Assembly (NCBI GenBank): GCA_038840695.1
Contig: JAWBVE010000001.1
Span: forward strand, 44,896 to 108,895
Length of the DNA: 64,000 nt
Origin: Candidatus Pacearchaeota archaeon
Lineage (GTDB): Archaea; Nanobdellota; Nanobdellia; Pacearchaeales; JAPDKA01
Direction: 5' to 3'
The stretch's first letter is position 1. Every line of letters begins with the position of its first letter. This document shows positions 54,556-63,038 of the stretch, piece after piece. Both the position numbers and the translations under genes were made by a program. Under the pieces are notes generated by a model that was given only the letters and a program-made list of their open reading frames with translations, was not told where the DNA came from and did no database searches.

Positions 54556-54884
54556 AAAAGGAAAAGAAGGCAAGAGAGGAAAGGCCGGAAAAGCAAGAAA
54601 GACAAGAGCAAGAAAGGCAAGCAACAATCAATTTTGAAAAGTTAAAAAAGCAAAAAAAGAGGCTTTTTATTGCAAGCGTGCTTGTTTTGCTACTTTTTAC
54701 TGCTACTGGAATAGTCCTGCTCTCGCTTAAAAAATGCCCTGAATGGCTTTTTATTAATCTTATAGTTTGTGTTGCATTGTTCCTTATCTTTTTCTTTAGC
54801 TATCTTGTTTATAAAGAAAAGAAAAAAGAAGGAAAAGAAGAAAGTCTAAAATCTTCTGCAGTTAGTGGTAATAAAAATATTTAA
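54552..54884 (+). CDS. Small membrane protein with E/R/Q-rich N-terminus
   Basis: 110 aa. ATGA start/stop overlap with the upstream surface-protein gene. Two TM helices. Confidence 0.5.
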   Translation: MKKEKKAREERPEKQERQEQERQATINFEKLKKQKKRLFIASVLVLLLFTATGIVLLSLKKCPEWLFINLIVCVALFLIFFFSYLVYKEKKKEGKEESLKSSAVSGNKNI

Positions 54885-54907
54885 ACAGGCTTGGTTTTTT
54901 TTGTTTT

Positions 54908-55801
54908 ATGTCGCTAGCAAAGAAGATAGCATCAGTCGCTCTTGCAACAAGCCTTGCCTTCAATGGCTGTACGACTTGGTGGAGGCTTGGAACAAGAACA
55001 AAGAGCGAGTTAAAAGATACCTATTCAGAAAAATCTGTTGAAGAAAAAACTAAAGCGGCTAGAGGCATAGATTATAGCGTAAGTGTTAATGAAAATATCT
55101 TGAGATTAAGCTCTTATGAAGGAAAATATACAATTAGATATGTTGAAGAGTACGAGATACCGATTAAAGTTTATGAATTTACAGAAGTTGAAAGGAAAGA
55201 AAAGCATTTTAAGGATGAGATTTGCGGTTCCTTAGGTGTGTCAACTGGCTTAGGGAGCCTACTTCTATATGCTGAAGCTGATGGTGCTTGGGTTATACCT
55301 GCTATGATATTAACTTTTCTTGGCGTCGGTTTAGGTACAATTGCTGCTTGCATTTTTCCTGCACTGGACACAAAAGATATACCTATCAGGAGCTGGGATA
55401 GCATTGAGAAGGGAGAGAGAAGAAAAATTGGTGAAAAAGAAATAAGTAAAAGGATGAATGAGGCAAGGCCAGTTTCATTAGACCTAATTTTGAAGTTCCC
55501 TACTTTAAACTATACAACAAAAGTTAGAACAGATGAAAAGGGCTTGGCGGAGATTGATCTAACAAAGATTGATTCATATTTGACGCTTGACAAATTCTTG
55601 AAGAAAAACTATGTAAGGACATATGAAAAAATATGCAATTTAAATGAGGCTTATAACAGTGTTGGAAGCACAAAAGTTCCTTTGATAATTGAGTTTGCAG
55701 AGAAAGACAAAAAGTCAGAGAAAAAAATGCTTGAGGTTGAGATAAAGCTAGACGATAAAGGAAAAATAATGCAAGCTTTAAAAGAAAAGTGCATGTTTTA
55801 A
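54908..55801 (+). CDS. Putative lipoprotein/membrane protein
   Basis: 297 aa. Signal plus lipobox-like SLAFNGC and a central pair of hydrophobic helices. No family recognised. Confidence 0.5.
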   Translation: MSLAKKIASVALATSLAFNGCTTWWRLGTRTKSELKDTYSEKSVEEKTKAARGIDYSVSVNENILRLSSYEGKYTIRYVEEYEIPIKVYEFTEVERKEKHFKDEICGSLGVSTGLGSLLLYAEADGAWVIPAMILTFLGVGLGTIAACIFPALDTKDIPIRSWDSIEKGERRKIGEKEISKRMNEARPVSLDLILKFPTLNYTTKVRTDEKGLAEIDLTKIDSYLTLDKFLKKNYVRTYEKICNLNEAYNSVGSTKVPLIIEFAEKDKKSEKKMLEVEIKLDDKGKIMQALKEKCMF

Positions 55802-55870
55802 GCAAACTTTAACAAAATTTTACAAAATTTATTAACAAAAGCTTTATAAGGCTTGAATTTTTCTTATTAA

Positions 55871-56179
55871 ATGAAAAATTTGGGACTTGCTGATAGAGTA
55901 ATAAGGCTAATAATAGCAATAATACTGGCACTGCTTTGCTTTGCAGTGGGAAAAGTGCTTGACATAATTTTCATTGTCATTGCAGTAATACTCTTGCTTG
56001 AGGCATTGTTTGGATGGTGCCCAATTTATGCCTTGCTTGGAATTTCAACAGCAAAGCCAAAGCTGGCAAAGCCAACTACTCCGGCTGTGCCACCTGTGCC
56101 AGCGCCATCTGCGCCAAAAGTTAGGGCCAAGGCAAAAGCAGCAAAAGCCAAGGCAAGAGCAGCTAAGAGGAGAAGATAA
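55871..56179 (+). CDS. DUF2892 (YgaP-like) membrane protein with Pro/Ala/Lys-rich tail
   Basis: NLGLADRVIRLIIAIILALL...LLLEALFGWCPIYALLGIST matches the DUF2892 signature (DR..R ... CP.Y...G). Confidence 0.7.
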   Translation: MKNLGLADRVIRLIIAIILALLCFAVGKVLDIIFIVIAVILLLEALFGWCPIYALLGISTAKPKLAKPTTPAVPPVPAPSAPKVRAKAKAAKAKARAAKRRR

Positions 56180-56500
56180 GTAGAGTTAGGAGAGAGGTAG
56201 GAAGAGAGAAGGAGAGGAGGAAGAGAGGTAGAAGGGAGCGAGAAAGAGGGGAGAGAGAAGGGAAGAAGGAAAAGAATAAAGAAGAAGAAAAAAGAAGAAA
56301 GAAGAGAAGGAAGAAAAGGAAGAAGAAACAGAAAGAAGGAAGAGGAGGGGAAGGAGGAAGAGGAGGGGAAGGAAGGAGGAAGAGGAAGAAGAAAAAGGAA
56401 GGAAAAGGGAGAAGGAAGAAATAAAATAGAGTAGAGAGATTTGGAGAAGAAAAAAAGGAAGAGAAGCAGGAAGAGGGAAAAAGAAAGGAAAGCAAGAGAA
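56180..56500 (+). repeat. Long homopurine/homopyrimidine tract
   Basis: The + strand is almost exclusively A/G. By my reading, 56278-56421 (144 nt) contains a single pyrimidine (C at 56329). Includes a tandem ~18-nt duplication of AGAGGAGGGGAAGGAGGA around 56341-56378. Lies between convergent genes. Confidence 0.9.
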
Positions 56501-56515
56501 TTTATTAGATCTCGT

Positions 56516-57079
56516 TTATTCGATCTCGAAAAGTTCATAAAGAAATCTGTCTATTGCTCTGTCAATTTCAGTAACATTTCCTCTTATGAAAATGCAATTA
56601 TCTGTTTTTCTTACTTCAGTTCTGCTTTCAATGCCTTTTTCAAAAATAATAAGCAAAGACGAGCAATCTTTTACAGGAAGCTCTTCATTGTAGCAAGTAT
56701 AGTTGCCTAAGTCGCTTGAAGGACAAGCCTCATTGAGTATTGAGAAATAACTTAGATAAGCAAGAAGCCGCGATGCTCTTTCAGCAAGCTCTGGCTCGCT
56801 ATAATAGTAAAGTTTTTTTCCGAGAAAAAATCCTATGTAAGGCTTGAAGCCTAGCTCTGGTGTCTCAGCTTTTTTGTAGAGTGTTCTAACAATTATCTCT
56901 TCATTGCCAAGCCTAACTTTATGCTCGTAAAAACCGCTTTCAGCTCTTTCTTCTCTTCTTGCAAATTCAAGCGCAAAGCCAACAACACTTAAGATCATGA
57001 GAGCTGCTATTATCAAAGATAAAATAATTCTGTTTCTTTTTTCTTTTCTCTGTCTTTCAGCCTTTGTTTCTAGCCTCAT
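56516..57079 (-). CDS. N-terminally anchored hypothetical protein
   Basis: 187 aa. Basic leader plus TM segment (IILSLIIAALMILSVVGFAL). No family recognised. Confidence 0.5.
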   Translation of the reverse strand: MRLETKAERQRKEKRNRIILSLIIAALMILSVVGFALEFARREERAESGFYEHKVRLGNEEIIVRTLYKKAETPELGFKPYIGFFLGKKLYYYSEPELAERASRLLAYLSYFSILNEACPSSDLGNYTCYNEELPVKDCSSLLIIFEKGIESRTEVRKTDNCIFIRGNVTEIDRAIDRFLYELFEIE

Positions 57080-57099
57080 TTTCCTTATTTCATCTTTCC

Positions 57100-57834
57100 T
57101 TATTTTTCCAATAATTTTTTTAAAGTTAGCGCATTGTGAACAGCATATGCATTAAAATCATTATTGAAGTAGCAATAAACTTCTTTTGCTTTCGCCTTCT
57201 TAATTTTTTTTGCCCATTCTTTAAGCTCAGCATCGCTATAATTTGAGCCATACCATTGCTTTTTGCCATGAAATCTTATATAAATAATGTCAGCTGTCTT
57301 AACAAAATCTTCTGGCAGCCTTGGAGCAGAAACTATGCTGAATATTGCTTTATCCTGCATTAGCTCATACGTGCTTTCATTCCACCAGCTTGGATGTCTA
57401 AATTCGATAACATTTTTATAGCTTTTATCTAGACATGCAAGAAATTGCTTGAGCCTTTGTTTGTCAAAATGCAAGGAAGGAGGCAATTGAAAAAGAATGC
57501 AGCCAAGATAATGGCTTAGTAAATCAGCAAGCTTATAAAAATCCCTTACTAATCGCTCTACATTTACAAGCTTTTTAATGTGTGTTATTAACTGATTTGC
57601 CTTCAGTGTATAAATGAAGCGCTTTCCACTTTCTTGCTCTATCTTTTTTGCTTTATTAAGCCAACCTTTAACTGTACTTTCCTTAGGCCATCTATAGAAT
57701 GACATGTTTATTTCCACTGTATTAAAATGCTTTGCATAATAATCAAACCACTTATAGCTTGGAAGCTCTTCAGGATAGAAAAGCTTTCGCCAATGCCAAT
57801 AAACATAACCACTCGTCCCAATCCAGAATTTCAT
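57100..57834 (-). CDS. DUF72 (UPF0759) family protein
   Basis: MKFWIGTSGYVYWHWRKLFYPEELPSYKWFDYYAKHFNTVEINMSFYRWP is the hallmark DUF72 N-terminus. 244 aa. Confidence 0.85.
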   Translation of the reverse strand: MKFWIGTSGYVYWHWRKLFYPEELPSYKWFDYYAKHFNTVEINMSFYRWPKESTVKGWLNKAKKIEQESGKRFIYTLKANQLITHIKKLVNVERLVRDFYKLADLLSHYLGCILFQLPPSLHFDKQRLKQFLACLDKSYKNVIEFRHPSWWNESTYELMQDKAIFSIVSAPRLPEDFVKTADIIYIRFHGKKQWYGSNYSDAELKEWAKKIKKAKAKEVYCYFNNDFNAYAVHNALTLKKLLEK

Positions 57835-57838
57835 GACA

Positions 57839-58762
57839 TCATGACATTGTTATTTCATATTTTTTTATAAAATCTTCTTTTCTTAAATCCTCTTGTTCAG
57901 GACGCTTGTATTTATCATAAGCTCTTGGCACAAATGTTATTAAATCTATTCTTCCTTCTTCCATTTGGGCCATTCGAGCTCGAGTCTCTGTCTCGGCTGT
58001 GCTTGGATTAATAGCTGTGTCTCGATGGTTTCTTATCGTTTTTTCTATCCTACTTTGAATTTTGCTAGGCTTTTGCATTGCTTTTATATTTTCCTCTATG
58101 AACTTTAAGTATTTTTCATTTTTTTCACTATCTTTCCTTATTTCATAGTCTTTAACTGTTTCCTCTTGCTGATTTAAATCCCGATGACTTATATACTGCT
58201 GCTTTTCTTTTACTTTCTCATCATAACTTTTATTTTCAGTTTCTACTGTTTTCACTCTCGCTTCAGTATGGGCAATTTTCTCTAATGAGACTTTAGGTTG
58301 AGAAGATAATGTTGTGGAGGATTGGGTTGGACCTAGTTTAAATAAAAACAAAGATAGATCACCAAAGTCTGCCTTATCAAAATTAGCATTAATATTGTTT
58401 GTTCCATTAACATTGTTTGTTCCTTGCTGCCCACTTTCATTTTCACTTTTATTTTCTGCCTTTTTCTCTTCTTTTTCTTCTTTTTCTTGTGCCTTTCTTC
58501 TTTCTTCAAATCTTTTTTTTAGTTCCTCCCATGCCTTTTTAAGCTCCTCAGTTTCTTTTTCTTTAAGTTCATTAGCTATTTTTATGTCTAACCAATTTTC
58601 TTCTGTCTTTTCTTCTTTTTCTATTTCTTGCTTTTCCTCATTGTCCTTTTCCTTATTCTCTTCGCCGCCATTCTCTTTTTCTTTGTTCTCATTCTCTTTA
58701 TGCTCATTCTGCTTGCCTTGCTTCTTTCTTTTTTTCCTTCCCATAACATAAAATATCTTCAA
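57839..58762 (-). CDS. Highly charged E/K/N-rich protein, unknown function
   Basis: 307 aa. Long low-complexity E/K N-terminal half and a more ordinary C-terminal ~120 aa. Its stop lies 4 nt before the DUF72 start. Confidence 0.45.
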   Translation of the reverse strand: MKIFYVMGRKKRKKQGKQNEHKENENKEKENGGEENKEKDNEEKQEIEKEEKTEENWLDIKIANELKEKETEELKKAWEELKKRFEERRKAQEKEEKEEKKAENKSENESGQQGTNNVNGTNNINANFDKADFGDLSLFLFKLGPTQSSTTLSSQPKVSLEKIAHTEARVKTVETENKSYDEKVKEKQQYISHRDLNQQEETVKDYEIRKDSEKNEKYLKFIEENIKAMQKPSKIQSRIEKTIRNHRDTAINPSTAETETRARMAQMEEGRIDLITFVPRAYDKYKRPEQEDLRKEDFIKKYEITMS

Positions 58763-58828
58763 AATTTTTAATTTTTTCTTTTCTCTTTTCTAATGAAAAA
58801 TTTATAAACTGTTTTTCATCTTCCTTTC

Positions 58829-59197
58829 ATGCTCTCTAGCTGCGTGAAAGAAAGGAAAGGATTTTATTTGAAAGAAGCACTTGATTATTTAGTACTGGCA
58901 ACTTTTGCTATTGGGGCTTTTTTTACAGTTTTTTATCCGTCAATAAAGAAATATAATCGATTTCTTCACTTTTATAGATCTTCTCAGCGACTAGAATACC
59001 GGCTAAAGGCAGGAGATAATATAACAAAGTTATGCCGTAGTGAATTGCTTGAAACTGAATTTAATGATTATATTACAATCTGTCGTGATTTGGTCATTGA
59101 AGAAAATGACATAAAAAATAGTCGAAAAATGCATATAGGCCAGGTAATTTATATGCGTGATTTAAATAGGGATGGAAAAATTGGTAACAAAGAATAA
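58829..59197 (+). CDS. Membrane-anchored LysM-like domain protein
   Basis: 122 aa. One TM segment (LVLATFAIGAFFTVFY), then YRLKAGDNITKLC...NDIKNSRKMHIGQVIYM, which resembles a LysM repeat (Y.V..GD.L..I....N.I.....L..GQ.L.I). Confidence 0.35.
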   Translation: MLSSCVKERKGFYLKEALDYLVLATFAIGAFFTVFYPSIKKYNRFLHFYRSSQRLEYRLKAGDNITKLCRSELLETEFNDYITICRDLVIEENDIKNSRKMHIGQVIYMRDLNRDGKIGNKE

Positions 59198-59240
59198 ACA
59201 ACATGCGCTGGACTGAAGCAATAGAAGTTCAATTAAATCA

Positions 59241-59690
59241 TTATTTTGGCTTTTCAAATTTGGCTAGTTTGAGAGTATAAATACTATTGGTTTTTGAACC
59301 ATTCTTTGCAAGACAGCTTATATCTATCTGCTCACTTGTCAAATATATTTTTTCATTTTTTTTATATTCAAATTTTAAGAGCACTTCATATTTTTCTAAA
59401 TTCTTATCTGTATTTTTATCCTTGCCATTCCCATTCCTGTTATTAAGAGTTAATTCCCCAAGCTTTATCTCAAGCGTTGCCTCTTTTTTACTTTCATTAT
59501 TTTCATTATTTTCAGTTATTAATTTATAACAACCTTCTCTTATTGCGCTTTTCATCACCTTAATTAAACCACGCATTTCATATTTGTTATATCCATTTGG
59601 CTGAAGAATAATACTATAGTTAGTTGAAGGAATTGAAGCCCAAATTATACTATATCCTGAGGGGAGATCTTCACTGAGGTTGATTTCCAT
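59241..59690 (-). CDS. Hypothetical protein
   Basis: 149-aa ORF. No signal peptide or motif recognised. Confidence 0.4.
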   Translation of the reverse strand: MEINLSEDLPSGYSIIWASIPSTNYSIILQPNGYNKYEMRGLIKVMKSAIREGCYKLITENNENNESKKEATLEIKLGELTLNNRNGNGKDKNTDKNLEKYEVLLKFEYKKNEKIYLTSEQIDISCLAKNGSKTNSIYTLKLAKFEKPK

Positions 59691-59902
59691 TTTTGATCTG
59701 ATAAAAAATGAATAAAAAAACTTTAAAGTTTTAATTTAAAAAGATTTGTGATACTACCCAAGTGATAAAGTTGGAAAACGAAAAAACAAAAACAAAAGAG
59801 AAAAACAAAGAAAAAAGAAAAAAATAAAAAACAAAAAAGAAAAAAGAAAACAAAGACAAAGAGAAGAGGAAAGAATTAAAAACTGCTCTGTTCTAAAAAA
59901 GA

Positions 59903-61234
59903 ATGAGAGTTTATGCTGTTGGCGGCTATAGTGAAGTTGGAAAGAATATGACTGTTGTTGAGCTTGGCGAAGATGCCTTTGTTTTTGATGTTGGGCTATA
60001 TTTGCCGCCTATTGTTGAAATGGAAGAAAAAGAGCGAGTGAGTAGTAAAGTTCTAAACAATGTTGGAGCCCTTCCTGAAACAAGCACTATTGATAAAATA
60101 GCATCAAAGATAAGAGCAATTTTTATAAGTCATGCGCATCTTGATCATGTTGGTGCAACGCCCTACATTGCAGCCAAATACAGTGCTCCAATTTTAGGTA
60201 CTCCTTACACAATAGAGATTCTAAGAGAATTAGTTAATGAGCTGAGTGAGGAAGAAAAAAAGCGCTTTCAAAACAGGCTTATTCCATTAATGCCAAATTC
60301 CTCTTTTGAGATAAGAGGAAAGTCAGGAAATTATAAAGTTGAGTTTATACATATAACCCATTCAATTCCTCAGTCCTCTATAATTGCTCTGCATACTAGA
60401 GAAGGAGTTATTGTTTATGCAAATGACTATAAAGTTGATAATTATCCTGTGCTCGGGCAAAAGCCAAATTACAAAGCTCTAGAAAGAGTTGCAGAAGAAG
60501 GAATAAAGTTATTAATCATGGAATCTCTTTATGCTGATGAGGAGCGCAAGACTTTTTCAGAAAGTGTTGCAAGACATATGCTTAGAGATGTTATGACTGG
60601 TTTGGATGGGAAGGGAATAATTATAACAACATTCTCCAGCCATATCGCAAGACTAAAAAGCATAGTTGATTTTGGCAAAGAGCTTGGACGAGAAATTTTA
60701 TTTTTTGGCAGAAGCCTAAAGAGATATGTTGGTGTAGCCAATAATATCGGCATTTGTCCTTTTTTTAAAGATATTAAGCTTTTGTCATTTAAAGGTCAAG
60801 TGAATAGATATTTCAAAAAAGTTCAAAAAAATCGGGAGAGATATTTAGTAGTATGTACTGGTCATCAGGGCGAGCCAGGAAGTGTTCTTGATAGGCTAAG
60901 CAAGGGTGAATTTCCATTTAAGCTAGAAGCTGACGACAATGTGATCTTTTCTACTCGTGTAATACCAACACCAATAAATCAAGCCAATCGTGCTATGCTC
61001 GAGAAAAGATTAATGAAAAAGCGAGTGAGAATTATAACAGATGTTCATGTGAGCGGGCATGCTGGTAGAGAGGACATGAGAGATATGATAAGGCTTTTGA
61101 ATCCAGCCTATATCTTGCCAAGCCATGGAGGCTTACAAAAGCGCTCAGCTCTTGCAGAACTAGCAGCTGAGGAAGGCTACAAGCTTGGCAAAGAAGTTTT
61201 ACTTGTTGAAAATGGAAGTTCTTTTGAGATTTAA
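59903..61234 (+). CDS. rnj: Archaeal RNase J (beta-CASP metallo-beta-lactamase family)
   Basis: ISHAHLDHVGA (HxHxDH). About 440 aa, the compact archaeal RNase J size. C-terminal HVSGHAGREDM (beta-CASP motif C region). Confidence 0.85.
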   Translation: MRVYAVGGYSEVGKNMTVVELGEDAFVFDVGLYLPPIVEMEEKERVSSKVLNNVGALPETSTIDKIASKIRAIFISHAHLDHVGATPYIAAKYSAPILGTPYTIEILRELVNELSEEEKKRFQNRLIPLMPNSSFEIRGKSGNYKVEFIHITHSIPQSSIIALHTREGVIVYANDYKVDNYPVLGQKPNYKALERVAEEGIKLLIMESLYADEERKTFSESVARHMLRDVMTGLDGKGIIITTFSSHIARLKSIVDFGKELGREILFFGRSLKRYVGVANNIGICPFFKDIKLLSFKGQVNRYFKKVQKNRERYLVVCTGHQGEPGSVLDRLSKGEFPFKLEADDNVIFSTRVIPTPINQANRAMLEKRLMKKRVRIITDVHVSGHAGREDMRDMIRLLNPAYILPSHGGLQKRSALAELAAEEGYKLGKEVLLVENGSSFEI

Positions 61235-61871
61235 AAACAAAAGTTTTAACCGAAGTTTTAACCGATTCTTGAATGAGAAGAAGCAGGCACTGAGTAAGAC
61301 AGATAAATCGAGAAAAGCAAGCATAGATGCAAAAATAAAGCAGATTATTACTTTAATAAACAAAAGTCCCTTTTTTTATACAACATCAAGCTGCTCAGGA
61401 AGAGCTTTGCTTATGCAAGAGAGCTTTAAAAAAATGCCAAGCGCAATTCTTTTTAGTTGGCATGATAAGTTAAGCATGAAAGAGCTGCTCGATGCAATAG
61501 AAATTATTAAAAAAAATCTAAAAAGTTCAAAAAGCAAAAGTGAGAGAAAAGCAATTATTTATTTTAAATTTGAGTCTCCAATAATTCATGTAAAAGCCTT
61601 TGATATTGATAAACTTGCTTTGCTTTGTCAAATAGCACGAGATTCTGGATTTAAAGAAAGCGGCTTTTATTTTATAAGCAAAAGGCGCTTTCCAATTGCT
61701 GAAATAAAAGCAAGCGAAGCCTTAAGCTTACCAATTTTTTACAAGGACTTATTGCTTGATAAAAACTACATAAGAGTTTTGGTTTCAGAAACAAATAAAA
61801 GATTTAAGCAAGCAGAAAGAGCATTAAAAAAATTTGAGAGAGCATTAAAGGCATTAAAGACATTAGAATAA
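61212..61871 (+). CDS. taw3: tRNA wybutosine/wyosine-synthesizing protein 3 (Taw3/TYW3 family methyltransferase)
   Basis: FLNEKKQALSKTDKSRKASIDAKIKQIITLINKSPFFYTTSSCSGRALL is the TYW3 hallmark (D.S.KG.ID...TTSSCSGR). I prefer ATG 61212 over the track TTG 61185. Confidence 0.8.
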   Translation: MEVLLRFKNKSFNRSFNRFLNEKKQALSKTDKSRKASIDAKIKQIITLINKSPFFYTTSSCSGRALLMQESFKKMPSAILFSWHDKLSMKELLDAIEIIKKNLKSSKSKSERKAIIYFKFESPIIHVKAFDIDKLALLCQIARDSGFKESGFYFISKRRFPIAEIKASEALSLPIFYKDLLLDKNYIRVLVSETNKRFKQAERALKKFERALKALKTLE

Positions 61872-63038
61872 AATTTCAGCGATCATGCCGAGGATAAAGA
61901 CAATGATTAAAGCAGCTCTAAGGGGCAGGCTAAGTTTTATACTATATTCTGGTTTTCGATCGCCGAGCTTTGCTCGCGAGTGAGCAAGCAGGATTAAAAT
62001 TCCTGTTAAGCCACCACTTATTGCTCCAGTGATTCCTATAATTTTTACAAAGCCGGCAAGCTTAAAGAGAGCAATCAGCAAAAAAAGCAAGAAAGGAAGA
62101 AAAGTTGCTAGAAGCCAGGCATAAAAATGCCTAATTTTTAAATCAAGCTCATACATATCACGAATGGCATTTGTTAAAGCAAAGCATGCTGTGAACATTG
62201 TAAATACAGCAAGCAGACTTGGAATTTTGCCTAGTGCAATAGTGGCTATTTCAGGAGTAGCTTTGCCTGCAAAGCCGACTATGGCAAGAGTAAAGATGAA
62301 GTAAATAAAAAAAGGAATGGCCATGCCAAAAATAATTGCTTTTTTTAAGACTTTTTCATTTCCCTTTATCTCTTGCTCAACTTCTGGCAGAGCTGAAAAG
62401 CAGAGATAAGAAAAAAGCACAACGCCATAAGGCAAAAACCAATCAACAGGGCTTTTACTAAAGCTGCTTATATTTTGAAAATTAAATTTTGGCAAGAAAG
62501 CAATGGCTAAAACCAGAGAAATGGTAATTACAATAAACATAACAGCTGTTTCGCCTTTCTCTAGCATGGAAATGCCGTAATAGCATAGAAGCGCTATTAA
62601 AGCAAAAAAAGCTATGCTAAAATAAATTGAACTAGCCGTTGAGCCTGTAAAAATAAAACTAAGAACCTGGCCCTCACCAATAAGATAAGCTATAATAGCT
62701 CCGTATATGCCAAAGGCCATTGCAAAATGCATTATTAGCCTTGCAGGCTTGCCGAGATAATAGCTAATATAGCCAGGCAACTGATGTATTGCTTTAGTTC
62801 TTAATATAAGCTCGCCGAAACAAAGATTTGTTAGCATAACAAACAAGCAGAGTAAAATTAAATGGGCTAAGCCTATAAAAAAGCCTGACTTAGAAAAAAC
62901 ATAAGGAATTCCGAGAAAGCCTGCTCCGATTGCTGTTCCTGTTATTGTTGCTATCGCCTCAAGCAGTGCTAAACGCTTTCCTTTTGTTTTTTTCTTTTTC
63001 CTTGCATTTTTCCGCTTTTCTTTTTTCATTTTCCCCAA
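61863..63038 (-). CDS. Amino acid permease (Trp/Tyr permease / Aa_trans-like)
   Basis: 391 aa with 11 TM segments. N-terminal ATITGTAIGAGFLGIPYVFSKSGF is typical of this transporter family. K-rich N-terminal tail. Confidence 0.7.
   Translation of the reverse strand: MGKMKKEKRKNARKKKKTKGKRLALLEAIATITGTAIGAGFLGIPYVFSKSGFFIGLAHLILLCLFVMLTNLCFGELILRTKAIHQLPGYISYYLGKPARLIMHFAMAFGIYGAIIAYLIGEGQVLSFIFTGSTASSIYFSIAFFALIALLCYYGISMLEKGETAVMFIVITISLVLAIAFLPKFNFQNISSFSKSPVDWFLPYGVVLFSYLCFSALPEVEQEIKGNEKVLKKAIIFGMAIPFFIYFIFTLAIVGFAGKATPEIATIALGKIPSLLAVFTMFTACFALTNAIRDMYELDLKIRHFYAWLLATFLPFLLFLLIALFKLAGFVKIIGITGAISGGLTGILILLAHSRAKLGDRKPEYSIKLSLPLRAALIIVFILGMIAEILF

Noticed and set aside
56340-56420. G-quadruplex potential of the GGGG/GGG runs in the purine tract.
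   Set aside because: The G-runs are separated by loops of about 10-17 nt, longer than canonical G4 loops. Triplex (H-DNA) is the more plausible non-B structure, so no G4 claim is made.
56026-56538. Two long minus-strand ORFs (170 aa and 110 aa, the latter at 56163-56495) rich in Ser/Leu/Phe/Pro.
   Set aside because: They are translations of the homopyrimidine strand of the purine tract. That strand has almost no A, so stop codons cannot occur. The sequence is extreme low complexity, and the ORFs overlap the ends of both flanking genes. I treat them as non-coding.
58314-58751. 145-aa plus-strand Ser/Phe/Leu-rich ORF.
   Set aside because: It is antisense to the E/K-rich gene, whose GAA/AAG codons give TTC/CTT on the other strand. 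It is a shadow ORF.
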